The notes below the pieces were generated by a model. The model was not told the origin of the DNA and searched no databases. It was given only the letters and a program-made list of their open reading frames with translations. Below, piece after piece: positions 11,467 to 21,944 of a DNA stretch of 64,000 bases. The stretch comes from Malacoraja senta (taxonomy: Eukaryota), in the NCBI GenBank assembly GCA_038087875.1, contig CM075989.1:3410001-3474000 (forward strand), written 5' to 3'. The number at the start of each line of letters is the position of its first letter. The first letter of the stretch is position 1. The position numbers and the translations under genes are program-made.

Positions 11467-12213
11467 ATAGTACCTGCCTTTAATGACCTTCTCTGGCAGC
11501 TCGTTCCATGTACCGACCACCCTTTAGTTTAGGTAGGAAAGAACTGCAGATGCTGGTTTAAACCAAAGATAGACACATAAAGCTGGAGTAACTCAGTGGG
11601 TGAGGCAGCATCTCTGGAGAGAAGGGAATAGGTGACATTTTAGGGCGAGACTCTCAGTCTGCAGAAGGGTCTCAAACCGAAACATCACCTATTCCCTTTC
11701 TCCAGAGATGCTGCCTGACCCGCTGAGTTACTCCAGCTTTTTGTGTCCACCTTTTAGTTTAGAGATACAGCGCAGAAACAGGCCCACGCCGACTAGCACT
11801 ATCCTACACACTAGGGACAATTTCCAAAGCCAATTAACCTACAAACTTGTATGTCTTTGGAGTGTGGAAGGAGACCGGAGCACCTGAAGTATTAGTTACA
11901 GGGAGAGGTTGGACAGACATTTATTATTTTCTCAGGAACACTGGAAGTTGTGGGGAGACCTGATAAAAGTATATAAAATTATCAGAGACAATGGTAAGGT
12001 GGACAGTCAGAACCTTTTTCCCAGTATTGAAAATTCAAATACTATAGATCATAGCTTTGAGAAGGGCAAAGTTTAAAGGAAATGCACGGGGCAAGTTTTT
12101 TTACGCCGGGTGATGAGTGCCTGGAACACACAGGGTGATGAGTGCCTGGAACACATTTAAACGTTTTTCAGATAGGCTCATGGATATGCAGGAATACGGG
12201 TCATGGGTAGTTA

Positions 12214-12521
12214 GGCACGGTGGCGCAGCGGTAGAGTTGCTGCCTTGCAGCACCGGAGACCTGGATTCAATCCTGACTACGGGTGCTGTCTGTACAGAGT
12301 TTTTGCATTCTCCCCGTGGCCTGCGTGGGTTTTTTTCCGGGATCTCCGGTTTCCTCTCACACTCCAAAGACGTACAGTTTTGTAAGTTAATTGGTTTTGG
12401 TATAATTGTAATTTGTTCCTAGTGTGTGTAGATAGTGTTAATGTGCGGGGATCGCTGGTCGGCGCGAACACAATGGGCCGAAGGGCTTGTTTCCATACTG
12501 TATCTCTAAACTAAACTAAAC
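12214..12521 (+). mobile_element. tRNA-derived SINE; also ~47281-47588
   Basis: GGCACGGTGGCGCAGCGGTAGAG A-box, GATTCAATCC B-box, CR1-like 3' end with (TAAAC)n. Confidence 0.85.
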
Positions 12522-12779
12522 TCTGCTGGACAGGCAGCATCTCTGGCGAGAAGGAGTGACCTTTCGGGTCGAGTCAGACTCTCAGCCTGTTTCGAAGGGC
12601 CTGTTTCCGCGCTGTATCTCTCAACTAAACTAGATAAGTGATGGTCTTGGCATCATGTTCAGCACAGATAACATGGGCCGAAGGGCCTGTTCTTGTGCTA
12701 TACTGTTCTATGTTCTACTCAGCAGGTCGAACGGCACATGTGGGAAAAGAAGCTCAAGGTCTCTGCGGACGGTGCAAGA

Positions 12780-15170
12780 GCACTCCACAAAGCAGTCACT
12801 CTTCCTGCATTTTTTTTTTCCAGTGTAGAGTTGACCGCATTGTGAACAATGAATATTAGATTGGAGGAAGTGCAACTGAATCGATGCTGTGTCTGCTTTG
12901 GGTCACTGGAGGCAAGATGTTCAATTGTCATAGGTACCAATTACAGAACAATGAATTATTTCTCGAGCAACATAACAGCCCCGTAAACGCAATACACACA
13001 GATAAGATATAATAAACAAAAAAGATCAACAAATTAATAACTACAATATTAATGCAATAAAACCCATAGTCAATGCAACCAAAAGCAATCCATAGAAGTT
13101 CATAGTTGAGGTTAGTGTTGTGCAGTATTCAAAGCTTGATGGTTGTTCGGAAGAAGCTATTCTTGAACCTGAAGATATGAAATGATAGGTAATAAAAAGG
13201 AACTGCTGATGCAGGTTTATACCAAAGATAGACACATGCTGGAGTAACCCAGCGGGTCAGGCAGTATCTCTGGAGAAAACGGATAGGTGACGTTTCGGGT
13301 CTGAAGATGGGTCCCAGCCCGAAAAATCACATCCATTTTACCAGAGATACTGTCTGGTCCACTGAGTTATTCCATCATTTTGTGTCTAAGAAAGGATCGG
13401 TGTTTGCTTCTCCTGCAGTTACATGGGGAAATGCCGTAAGACAATGAGTTGGGGACAGAAAAACAGAACAGGGAGTGATGAAAGAAAGGATGCTGAAAGG
13501 GGAGGGGTAGATGTGACCTGTGATGTTATATTATTGAAGCTGGTGGATGATCTGATGAATATGGAGACCAGTGGGATGGAAGATGCGGACCAGAGCAATT
13601 CTATTCTTGCTCTTTCCAGATGGAAAGATTCTGAGAGCAGTGGTAAGGGAAATACATAAGGTGCAGTCAAGGGTTCTGTTCAGTATTGTAGAGGGGAAGT
13701 CGCAATTTGGGAGAAAAGAAGACATTTCAGAGGCGCAGGAAGCAGTAGCGCTGCAATCGTTGATGTATTGGAAAAAAGGTTGGGGCCCTGAGATTCTGAA
13801 TGTCCCACAAATAGATGAAGTTTGTCCACATGCAAAGTCCCATCACTATGTCTTTGGCTGGACAATGAAAAATTGTTCATTGGGAAATGGTTGGCTGGCT
13901 GTTCAAGGAAGAAGCGAATGGCCATCAAAGTCCGATGTGTGACGGAGGTGCAGTGGGATTGTGTATCCATGCTAAAAGTGAGTTGATTGGGGAAATGAAA
14001 TAGAAAACTGTCAAAATGTTGGAAGGTATCAGAAGATGGAGTAATGTGAGGAAGAAATAAGTTGGTGGGGAGAGAACGGGGTGAAGCAATGCATTTGCTC
14101 AGATAATCATTGTCAATCTGGGGCAGCGTTAATGTGAGCTGTGCAGGATGGGGTCGTTACAAAATTAGTGGCTGTGGAGGACAGTCCTCCTGAGGAGGAG
14201 ATCCATGACACTTTGTGAGAAAATGGCCTGGTATTTTGTGGTGGGATCATAGTATGAGGATATGTCTAAGTGGGTTGGTTCATCACAGCACATCAACACT
14301 ACCCTTATTGCATAATTTGACGATATCAGGATTAGTTTTTAATGAGTGGAGTGCTGCAATTTGAGAATGAGGTCAATTAGAATAAGTGACAGCAGTGGAA
14401 GAATCAAGGTGTTCAAGTCCTCGCAACAATTAACAGAGAATAGATTTAAAGAGAGGATAAGAGGTTGGATGGAGAAGTCAAATTCAACCAGAAATTATAA
14501 AGAGGGGAGAAAGTCTGGAATTAAAAACTCCTCGACAAAGAAATGGTCACAGAGACGATGGAAAAAAAATTCTAAGTTTTATTTGACTTAACAAATTTGT
14601 TAAGCTGAGGCCTCTGTTGAGGACTGATCCTTCAGACTGAGAGAGGGGAAGATCAGAAGAGATGGTGAAAACACAGCACAAAGTGGAACCGGAACTAGAA
14701 ATTGGGTTAGAGGAAAGTGAAGAGGGAGAGAGGTCGGGAGGGAATTGGCATACAAGACTCAATAGAGTTTGCGATCTTTGATATAAGAAAGAAAAGAAAG
14801 TTGCCTGTTCCAGCGCCAAATGTGGCAAAGAATAAAGTTAAACTGAATCACGTAGTTTTGAAATGAAGTTGCTGTAGAGAATGGTGGAGAGTAGGCTGTG
14901 GCTATTGGGATTTGCTTTTCTGGATAGCTTGAATATACCTGTGATCTCCAAATTGTGTCCATGTTCAAAATATTTCCCAATTGTGAGGGGTGGAATTTGA
15001 GTTGACCTATTGTGGGATGATTTGGAATTAGTGGGAGAGACATTCACCAAGGAAACAGGTATGGTTGTAGAACGGAGTTTTGGTCAGAATCTTACCACTA
15101 GGCATCAAGGGAAACAGGACCAAAAGTGACGAAAGCAAAAGGGAGAGAAATCCCACCAGAGATTTCTTCA
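12780..15170 (-). mobile_element. Old degenerate Penelope-like element (RT plus GIY-YIG remnants); also ~47850-50240
   Basis: Minus-strand fragments MDTQSHCTSVTH...AIRFFLEQPANHFP (PLE RT MDV.SLYT.I.H-like) and HRFSCTSSNLIF (compare RFTCTSSNLIYC at 33061); interrupted by younger inserts. Confidence 0.7.
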
Positions 15171-15257
15171 TTTCGAATGGAGCGGCTGGTCTTGTATACT
15201 CTGGAGTTTAGAAGGATTAGAGGGGATCTTATTGAAACATATAAGATTATTAAGGGT

Positions 15258-15355
15258 ACACAAAAATGCTGGAGAAACTCAGCGGGTGCAGCAGCATCTA
15301 TGGAGCGAAGGAAATAGGCAACGTTTCGGGCCGAAACCGTTCTTCAGACTCCTTC
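15258..15355 (-). mobile_element. 98 bp PLE-terminus mini-element inserted in a CR1 3' fragment (CR1 ~15172-15730)
   Basis: 14 bp TSD AGATTATTAAGGGT, perfect in copy 2 and with one mismatch in copy 1. Confidence 0.85.
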
Positions 15356-16745
15356 AGATTATTACGGGTTTGGACACACTATAGGCAGGAAACATGTTCC
15401 CGATGTTGGGGGAGTCCAGAACCAGGGGCCACAGTTTAAGAATAAGGGGTAGGCCATTTAGATTTAGGCCATGGAGACGAGGAAACACTTTTTCACACAG
15501 AGAGTTGTGGGTCTGTGGAATTCTCTGCCTCAGAGGGCAGTGGAGGCCGGTTCTCTGGATACTTTCTAGAGAGAGCGAGATAGGGCTCTTAAAGATAGTG
15601 GAGTCAGGGGATATGGGGAGAAGGCAGGAGCGGGGTACTGATTGGGGATGATCAGCAATGTTCACATTGAATGGCGGTGCTGGCTTGAAGTGCCGAATGG
15701 CCTACTCCTGCACCTATTGTCTGTTGTCTATTCAAGGTTGAACTTCACTGCCTCATCTCTTCCAAGCAAATGAAAATCAAAAAACTTCAGATGCTGGAAA
15801 TGAGAATAAAAACTAAAAGTGCTGGAAATATTTAGGTTTAATCCCTCTATTGGTGCAGGGTAATAGAAAAACAAGTTCGTTTTGGGTTGCTGAATGATAA
15901 AGGAGTGGCGAGATAAACAGAGGAAGTGTATGTTATAGGATGGGACCATGAATGCATGAGGGCATGTTGTGGAGGTCCCCTGGTCTTTCTACTATCATCC
16001 GTGCTTTGTCCCCTTCAACTCACTTGACTGGAGGACCTCTGCAACTGATTTAATTTATCCCTCGCCCAGTTTTCTCTACAGATTACATCCAACGTCTGAA
16101 GAATGGTCTTGACCCGAAACGTCACCCATTCCTTCTCTCCAGAGATGCTGCCTGTCCCGCTGATTTGCTCCAGCATTTTCGATTTACTTTCCCAGCTCAG
16201 GTGAAGGGTCTTCCAACCTAAATTATGAACTCTTTTGCTCTCTGTAGATGCTGTTGAGTGGTTTTGGCAATTTCTGTTTTCATTTCTTTCACCTTGTATG
16301 TGGCCTGACCTGAGCATTTGCACCATTCCGCCACTTCAGATATTCAGCATCAGCGGGTTATTGCTCTCGGTTTCCCTGGTCTTTTTCATCACTGCTGAGC
16401 AAGAATGTTTTCCAGGCCATGGAGACCTGTACTCTTGTAATGAGATTTTTATCACCTGCCTAAACCTGTTACGTGGTGCTTCAGGAAAAATGCCTTATTC
16501 AAAAAAATAACATCTCCGAAAATAATGCAATTTTCAGTCTATATAAAAGAAAATAAGCATAAACATCTGGTTTTCAGAGGCTGTGAAATCTGGTATTCAT
16601 GAGTGTGATAAGGTGTTCTGCAGATAGATGCTCACGGTTCACCCGCATGAGTTACAAATATTAATGGAAATTCAGTTCCATTTTTATCTCATGTGTGGAG
16701 TTTTATTTATGTTTGTGCTAACCTGTTCATATTTTCTGCTCCCAG

Positions 16746-16874
16746 TTCTCATGTCAGTTCAATGGAGTCCCAGTGCCGATTAATACAGACAAGTTTACAG
16801 AAACACCAGGAACCAACAGAAAAAGAGAGACCCTCTACAGAACAGGCACAGTCCAGGCAGTCGGAGAATTTCAG
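16746..16874 (+). CDS. MRPS11: uS11m exon 2 (copy 1)
   Basis: Acceptor TTTTCTGCTCCCAG, donor AG|GTAAAT; 129 nt, phase 2 to 2; SHVSSMESQCRLIQTSLQK...QSENF(S), in frame with exons 1 and 3. Confidence 0.85.
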
Positions 16875-17574
16875 GTAAATCCTTTCTTTACCAGCTCCAC
16901 CATTTTAAGGCAGTGATCTGTTGAGTGTAACCAATTGCCTAATTTTAATACAGATAGTGCAATTTCATTAGAGGCGATCAAGAAATTGTGACACTTGCAA
17001 AATTAACAAAACAGCTCTTTTTAAACAGGATCTTGATGAAGACCACATACAAAATGATTCGATCTTTCCTATGGAGCCATCCCCCATTTTATACAATGGC
17101 AGTCAAAGTGGCTCACAAGGTTTATAGATTGATTTTAGATTCATAGAATTATACCACACCAAAATAGGCCCTTTGGCCCAACTCCTCCATGTTGACCAAG
17201 GAGCCTTCCCATTTTCCTATATTCCTCTAAACCACTCCTATCTAGGAACCTATCCAAATGTTTTCAAATGTATTTATATCCGCCTCTACAACTTCTTCTG
17301 AAAGCTTGTTCTATCTACCCACCAACCTCTGTGTGACAAACCTTGCTCCTCGGGTCCCCTTTGAATCATTCCCCACTAAACCTACGCCTTCTCATTTTAG
17401 ATTCTCCTACTCGGGAGGGGGAGGGAGAGGGGTAACGGACCAACCATCTTATTAATGCCCTTCATGATTTTATAAACTCCAACAAGTCACCCCTCAGTCA
17501 CCTTCACTCCAGGGAAACCAGTCGCAGCTTATCTAATCCCTCCTCTTAACTCAATCAGCCAGTCCTGGCAACAT

Positions 17575-17740
17575 GTGTAAGAAAGAACTGCAGATGCTGG
17601 CAAAATCGAAGGTAGACACAAAATGCTGGAGTAACTCAGCGGGTGAGGCAGCATCTATGGAGAGAAGGAATGGGTGACGTTTCGGGTCGAGACCCTTCTT
17701 CAGACTGATGTCAGGGGCGGGGGCGGGGCAAGGATAGAGT
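17575..17740 (-). mobile_element. 166 bp PLE-terminus mini-element with a 13 bp TSD (also ~52631-52796)
   Basis: GTCCTGGCAACAT at 17562-17574 and 17741-17753; body homologous to the PLE terminus at 33470-33575. Confidence 0.9.
17676..17703 (-). ncRNA. Minimal type I hammerhead ribozyme motif (also 52732-52759)
   Basis: Reverse complement reads CUGAAGA-A-GGGU(CUCG)ACCC-GAAAC-GUC; core intact, stem III reduced to palindromic ACGU, stem I only ~2 bp; activity not shown. Confidence 0.7.
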
Positions 17741-17763
17741 GTCCTGGCAACATCCTTGTTCAC

Positions 17764-18905
17764 CAAAGGTCCTATAGTGAGCAAGATAGTCCACTCGACG
17801 AAAAAGACGTAGTACGGTCATGGGCAGATTCATGGGTAATTTTCGGCCCCATTTCCGTAACCGGCTTCCGTCTCTGCACCAAAGATCCCATAGCGAAGCA
17901 AAGATACTAGTGCGGAGACGGAAGCCGGTTACGGAAACATCCTCGTAAAAATCAAAGATCTTTGGTAAAAATCTTCTCATTTTCATTCTGCCTCTCTACC
18001 TCACAATAAAAAGCAAAAAGATGCCTATGTTCCTTCCACAGCGTGTGGGAAGTCTGGCCCGGATCAGCACGGTTGGGACGCCAGGGTAAAGTTGCGGGGA
18101 GGTTTGCAATGTATTTTTATGTAATGTTGTCCCTTGTCTGGGTCTTGTGTCCGAAATATAGTTTATCATTATATATAAAAATCTGGAGAAATATATATGT
18201 GTGTGTTATATGATTATATACATATCACATTCATATATATGTGTATGTGTGTTCTTTCCTACACAATCTAATCAGTTGTATGCTCGCTGAATAAAACCAT
18301 CCTTAAGTTATACATCATTTTTTAATCTAGCTCAAAACCATTTTTATTTTGTTAAATACTTCATTTAGATAACCCCACCATTACAGACAGATCTCATTCC
18401 ACTCTCTGGCTATTGGGAAGACCAGACCCATTTTATTGTTGAAAAACAATTCCATAGACACAAGAAATCATTAAGAAACATTCCAAGAGTAGAGCAACTG
18501 GAATCTTCATATTGCTATTATTTTTCCAAATACTACAGTTGTGAACCGTGTCATTAGATGAATTACAGAGTGCAAGAGTAATACAAAAATCAACTCAACC
18601 ACAGCACATGAGCCATTTAAAAAGAAATGTTTTAAAAAAAACATTAAAAAAGACAATTAACAGAATCATAATTTGTTAACATATTAATCTTTAACAAAAT
18701 TTAACAGAATTATGAATCTAACCCTATATCACACACACAAACTGTTCCCCCGCAACGCTGATTACACTGCGAGAGGGATATACAAAGTCGGGTCGGGTTA
18801 CTGAAATGGCAGAAAAAAAGGCCGATGTTCTGCTCCGTTGCGCACTACACGGCAGCCCATTGGATTTAGCAGGAGTGGACTATTTTGCTCGCTATAGGAT
18901 CTTTG
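17764..18905. mobile_element. 1142 bp non-autonomous TIR DNA transposon with an 8 bp TSD (P-like or hAT)
   Basis: ~33 bp TIRs CAAAGGTCCTATAGTGAGCAAGATAGTCCACTC / GAGTGGACTATTTTGCTCGCTATAGGATCTTTG; TSD TTGTTCAC / TTGTTAAC. Confidence 0.9.
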
Positions 18906-19641
18906 TTGTTAACCTTTCCTGCATCCTTTCTAACTCAATTCATATTGCTTTTGTAATCTGGTGACTACTGTGCTGCATACAATACTCCAGGTGTGGTCTC
19001 ATCATTGTCCTGTACAACTGTTACATGACATCCCAACTATTGCGTCATGCCCCATCTGATGAAGCCAAGCATGCCCTACACCATCACTGTTTTGTCAATA
19101 GTGTCGCCACCATTAGGGAACTATGTACTAGTACCCGTAAGTCTCTCTGTTCTTCAACACTGCCCTGGGCCTTGCCATTTACTGTACAAGTCCTATTCAG
19201 GTTTACCATCAGACAATGTATCACTTTGCACTGGGCTGGGTTAAATTCCATTTGCCATGTCCTTGCCCACTTTCCCAGGTGATCTAAATCCTGTGTAACC
19301 TCAGACAACCCTTTTCACTGTCCACCACATCACTAATTTGGTGTCATCTGCATTATCATCTAAATGGTTAAAATACAGTCAATTCTCGTTAATCCAACAC
19401 TTACTATTCCTGAATATTCGCTATCTCACACTAACTTGTGTGAGGCAGATCCTAAGGCAGCAAAAATATACCTGTTCAACCAACAATTCATATTCTGATA
19501 CCAACTCGTTTCTTCGAAAACCATACATTAATTTAGCCATACATTTCAATCGTTTGACTGACAGTCAGTGCACAAATAAACAATTCAGGCCACATGCCTC
19601 CAACTCTTCAGTTAACTCACAGCCAACCAAATGCATCTATG

Positions 19642-19810
19642 TGTAGGAAGGAACTGCAATTGCTGGTTTAAACCGAATATTGACTCAAAATGCTGGAGTA
19701 ATTCAGCGGGACAGGCAGCATCTCTGGATAGAAGGAAAGGGTGACTTCGGGTCGAGACCTTTCTTCAGACTGCCTGTCCCGCTGAGTTACTCCAGCATTT
19801 TGTGCCTTAT
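19642..19810. mobile_element. PLE-terminus mini-element with inverted arm
   Basis: TSD CAAATGCATCTATG / CAAAAGCATCTATG; internal inverted repeat of GCTGGAGTAA(C/T)TCAGCGGGACAGGCAG. Confidence 0.8.
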
Positions 19811-21097
19811 CAAAAGCATCTATGGTTGTTCACACCCCTAATGTAATTATAAGATCACAGCTGATTGGAAAATGTGAAGTGATGACTTTAATACAGTAAC
19901 TGTGTAATGGCAATGTCAAACTTTTCCAATGTCCAACTTACAGTTGGCATTACTACACAGGCAGGTAGGAGTGAACTTACGCAGACGATCAAAAAAACGG
20001 ATTCTCCAATTGTTCTTTCCTGTTTAATTCATTCTTTATTGAAGTAGTTGTACAAACAAAGACTTGATACATACCAGGTATTCCTTATTCTCTTACAAGA
20101 TGTAACTTTCCGTTCTCACTATCTCATCAGGTAAGAACTGTAGTCTCTATCAACGCCTGCTCTTCTGATCTGGCCACTCCCTCCCCTGGTATGATACATG
20201 TAACGTTCATCTACGTATCAAAAGCCCACCCCAAGCGTTCAAAATAATATTGCTAGAAATATCTAGACAAAATAATTTAATATGCTAACAGTAACTAGCC
20301 TAAGCATGAATGGCTTCAACAAACTGAATAGCAATTGTGACAATTACATTACATTGCATTTTAGCATTTTTGTAAATATAAAAGGAAATTAAATTGTCAT
20401 CTATTCATAAAAGTTCTCATTAGCAATTCTTACGTTTGTCCATGCATACTTTTGGACAAAAAAAGGAAAGAAATAGATTTATGATAAACTGATAATTCCA
20501 TATCCAATTTATATTTATCTTTCAATAAAGTGAAATTGTGCATTATATCTTGTGTACATATAACCTCTATTTTAAGCAACCATTAGTTTGTTTTATAAAC
20601 TATAAAATATGTCGAAATGATGCACAGAGGAAGATCATGTGATTCAGGAGCCCAACAAGCACGTGCAGGTAGACGGTGCTACTGCACAGAGGAGAGCTTT
20701 GTGTTTATACAAGAAGCAATAACTTAAAGTTTCCCAACTTTAATATATGCCTTCACTTCTCAAAGCTTTAGTGGGGGGGGGGGGTACTACAATCACTGAT
20801 CTACTCTCTAGGACTACTATGTAACAAAAAGCTTTTCACTGTAACTAGGTACACGTGACAATAATAAACTACACTAAACCTGTAACTTGATAACAAGGGC
20901 GAATCATGAATGCAGAAGTCAGTTCAGTGTCAAATGTGCAATCGTAGTGCGTTATTAATAATAACATTGGGCAGGAATATAAAGAACCAAATGGCCTTTG
21001 TCCATTTACAGATTTAAAGGGAAGGTGATTTAACATTTCAGGTAGTTTTACTTGTATTATTTATGTTGTAAAATTAATATTTTTGTGTTATTTATAG

Positions 21098-21196
21098 TAT
21101 TCTACCTCCAATGCCAGGACAGGAGAGCTCTTTACGCTGGGAGGGCAAGAAGTATGAAGATCTACATATAGTGCATATTAAGGCCACTTATAATAA
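21098..21196 (+). CDS. MRPS11: uS11m exon 3 (copy 1)
   Basis: TAG acceptor, GTAAGT donor; 99 nt; [32 protein letters not shown](N), matching MRPS11 [33 protein letters not shown]. Confidence 0.96.
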
Positions 21197-21332
21197 GTAA
21201 GTCAAGAGTGTTTTATTGTCATATGTCCCAGATAGAACTATGAAATTCTTACTTGCAACAGCACAACAGAATATGTAAACATAGTACTCTGCAAACAATA
21301 TAATAAACGAGCCAAAAAAGTTCAAACACGTA

Positions 21333-21423
<91 letters not shown>

Positions 21424-21480
21424 GCACACACACACACACCCGCACACACACACAGACACACCCTCACACATACGCACACA
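21333..21480. repeat. (CA)n microsatellite
   Basis: Long pure CA run followed by an interrupted run. Confidence 0.98.
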
Positions 21481-21944
21481 TGTTGCATGACTGTACACAT
21501 GTACAGTCAATGATAATTTATGAATAATGGAGAACTTTCTAAACTTGTAACATTATTTAAAAGCATTGTTGCTCTGGGTTAAGAAAGAAAAGAACAGTAG
21601 CTGGGATTGCTGTTGCTTTCCATTGATTATTTCTTCAAAATGTGTACATATTACTGAGAATAGTATTGTGCTTGGCTTTAGTGGGCATCATAATCAAATC
21701 TTCAGGATGCTCGTTGCCCATGTGGAAAACATGCCCACTTTGGCAAGACTCGGGGTCATTGGCAAAGCACATGTCTTCAGGAGTGAAGTTTGATGTGTCA
21801 GGCTGGTGAGAGGAATAGAACTGGCAGTAAAATATCAGTACAGCACATACAACTTTAAAGTGAGGTTGTCTATAAGCATTTGATAAGATTCTGCATGGCA
21901 GGCTGCTCTGGAAGGTTAGATTGTTTTGGACCCAGAGAGAGCTA

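Larger units (their letters stand above)
17140..19355 (-). mobile_element. Degenerate minus-strand CR1 remnant hosting the PLE mini-element and the TIR element
   Basis: QDLDHLGKWARTWQMEFNPAQCKVIH...EQRDLRVLVHSSL at 19084-19308; CR1 3' UTR-like sequence at 17140-17570. Confidence 0.75.

Noticed and set aside
12214..12290. tRNA gene
   Set aside because: The A/B boxes belong to a SINE head that continues into a family body and CR1-like tail; no complete cloverleaf is evident.
21188..21510. Cys/Val-repeat ORFs
   Set aside because: Translations of the (CA)n microsatellite.
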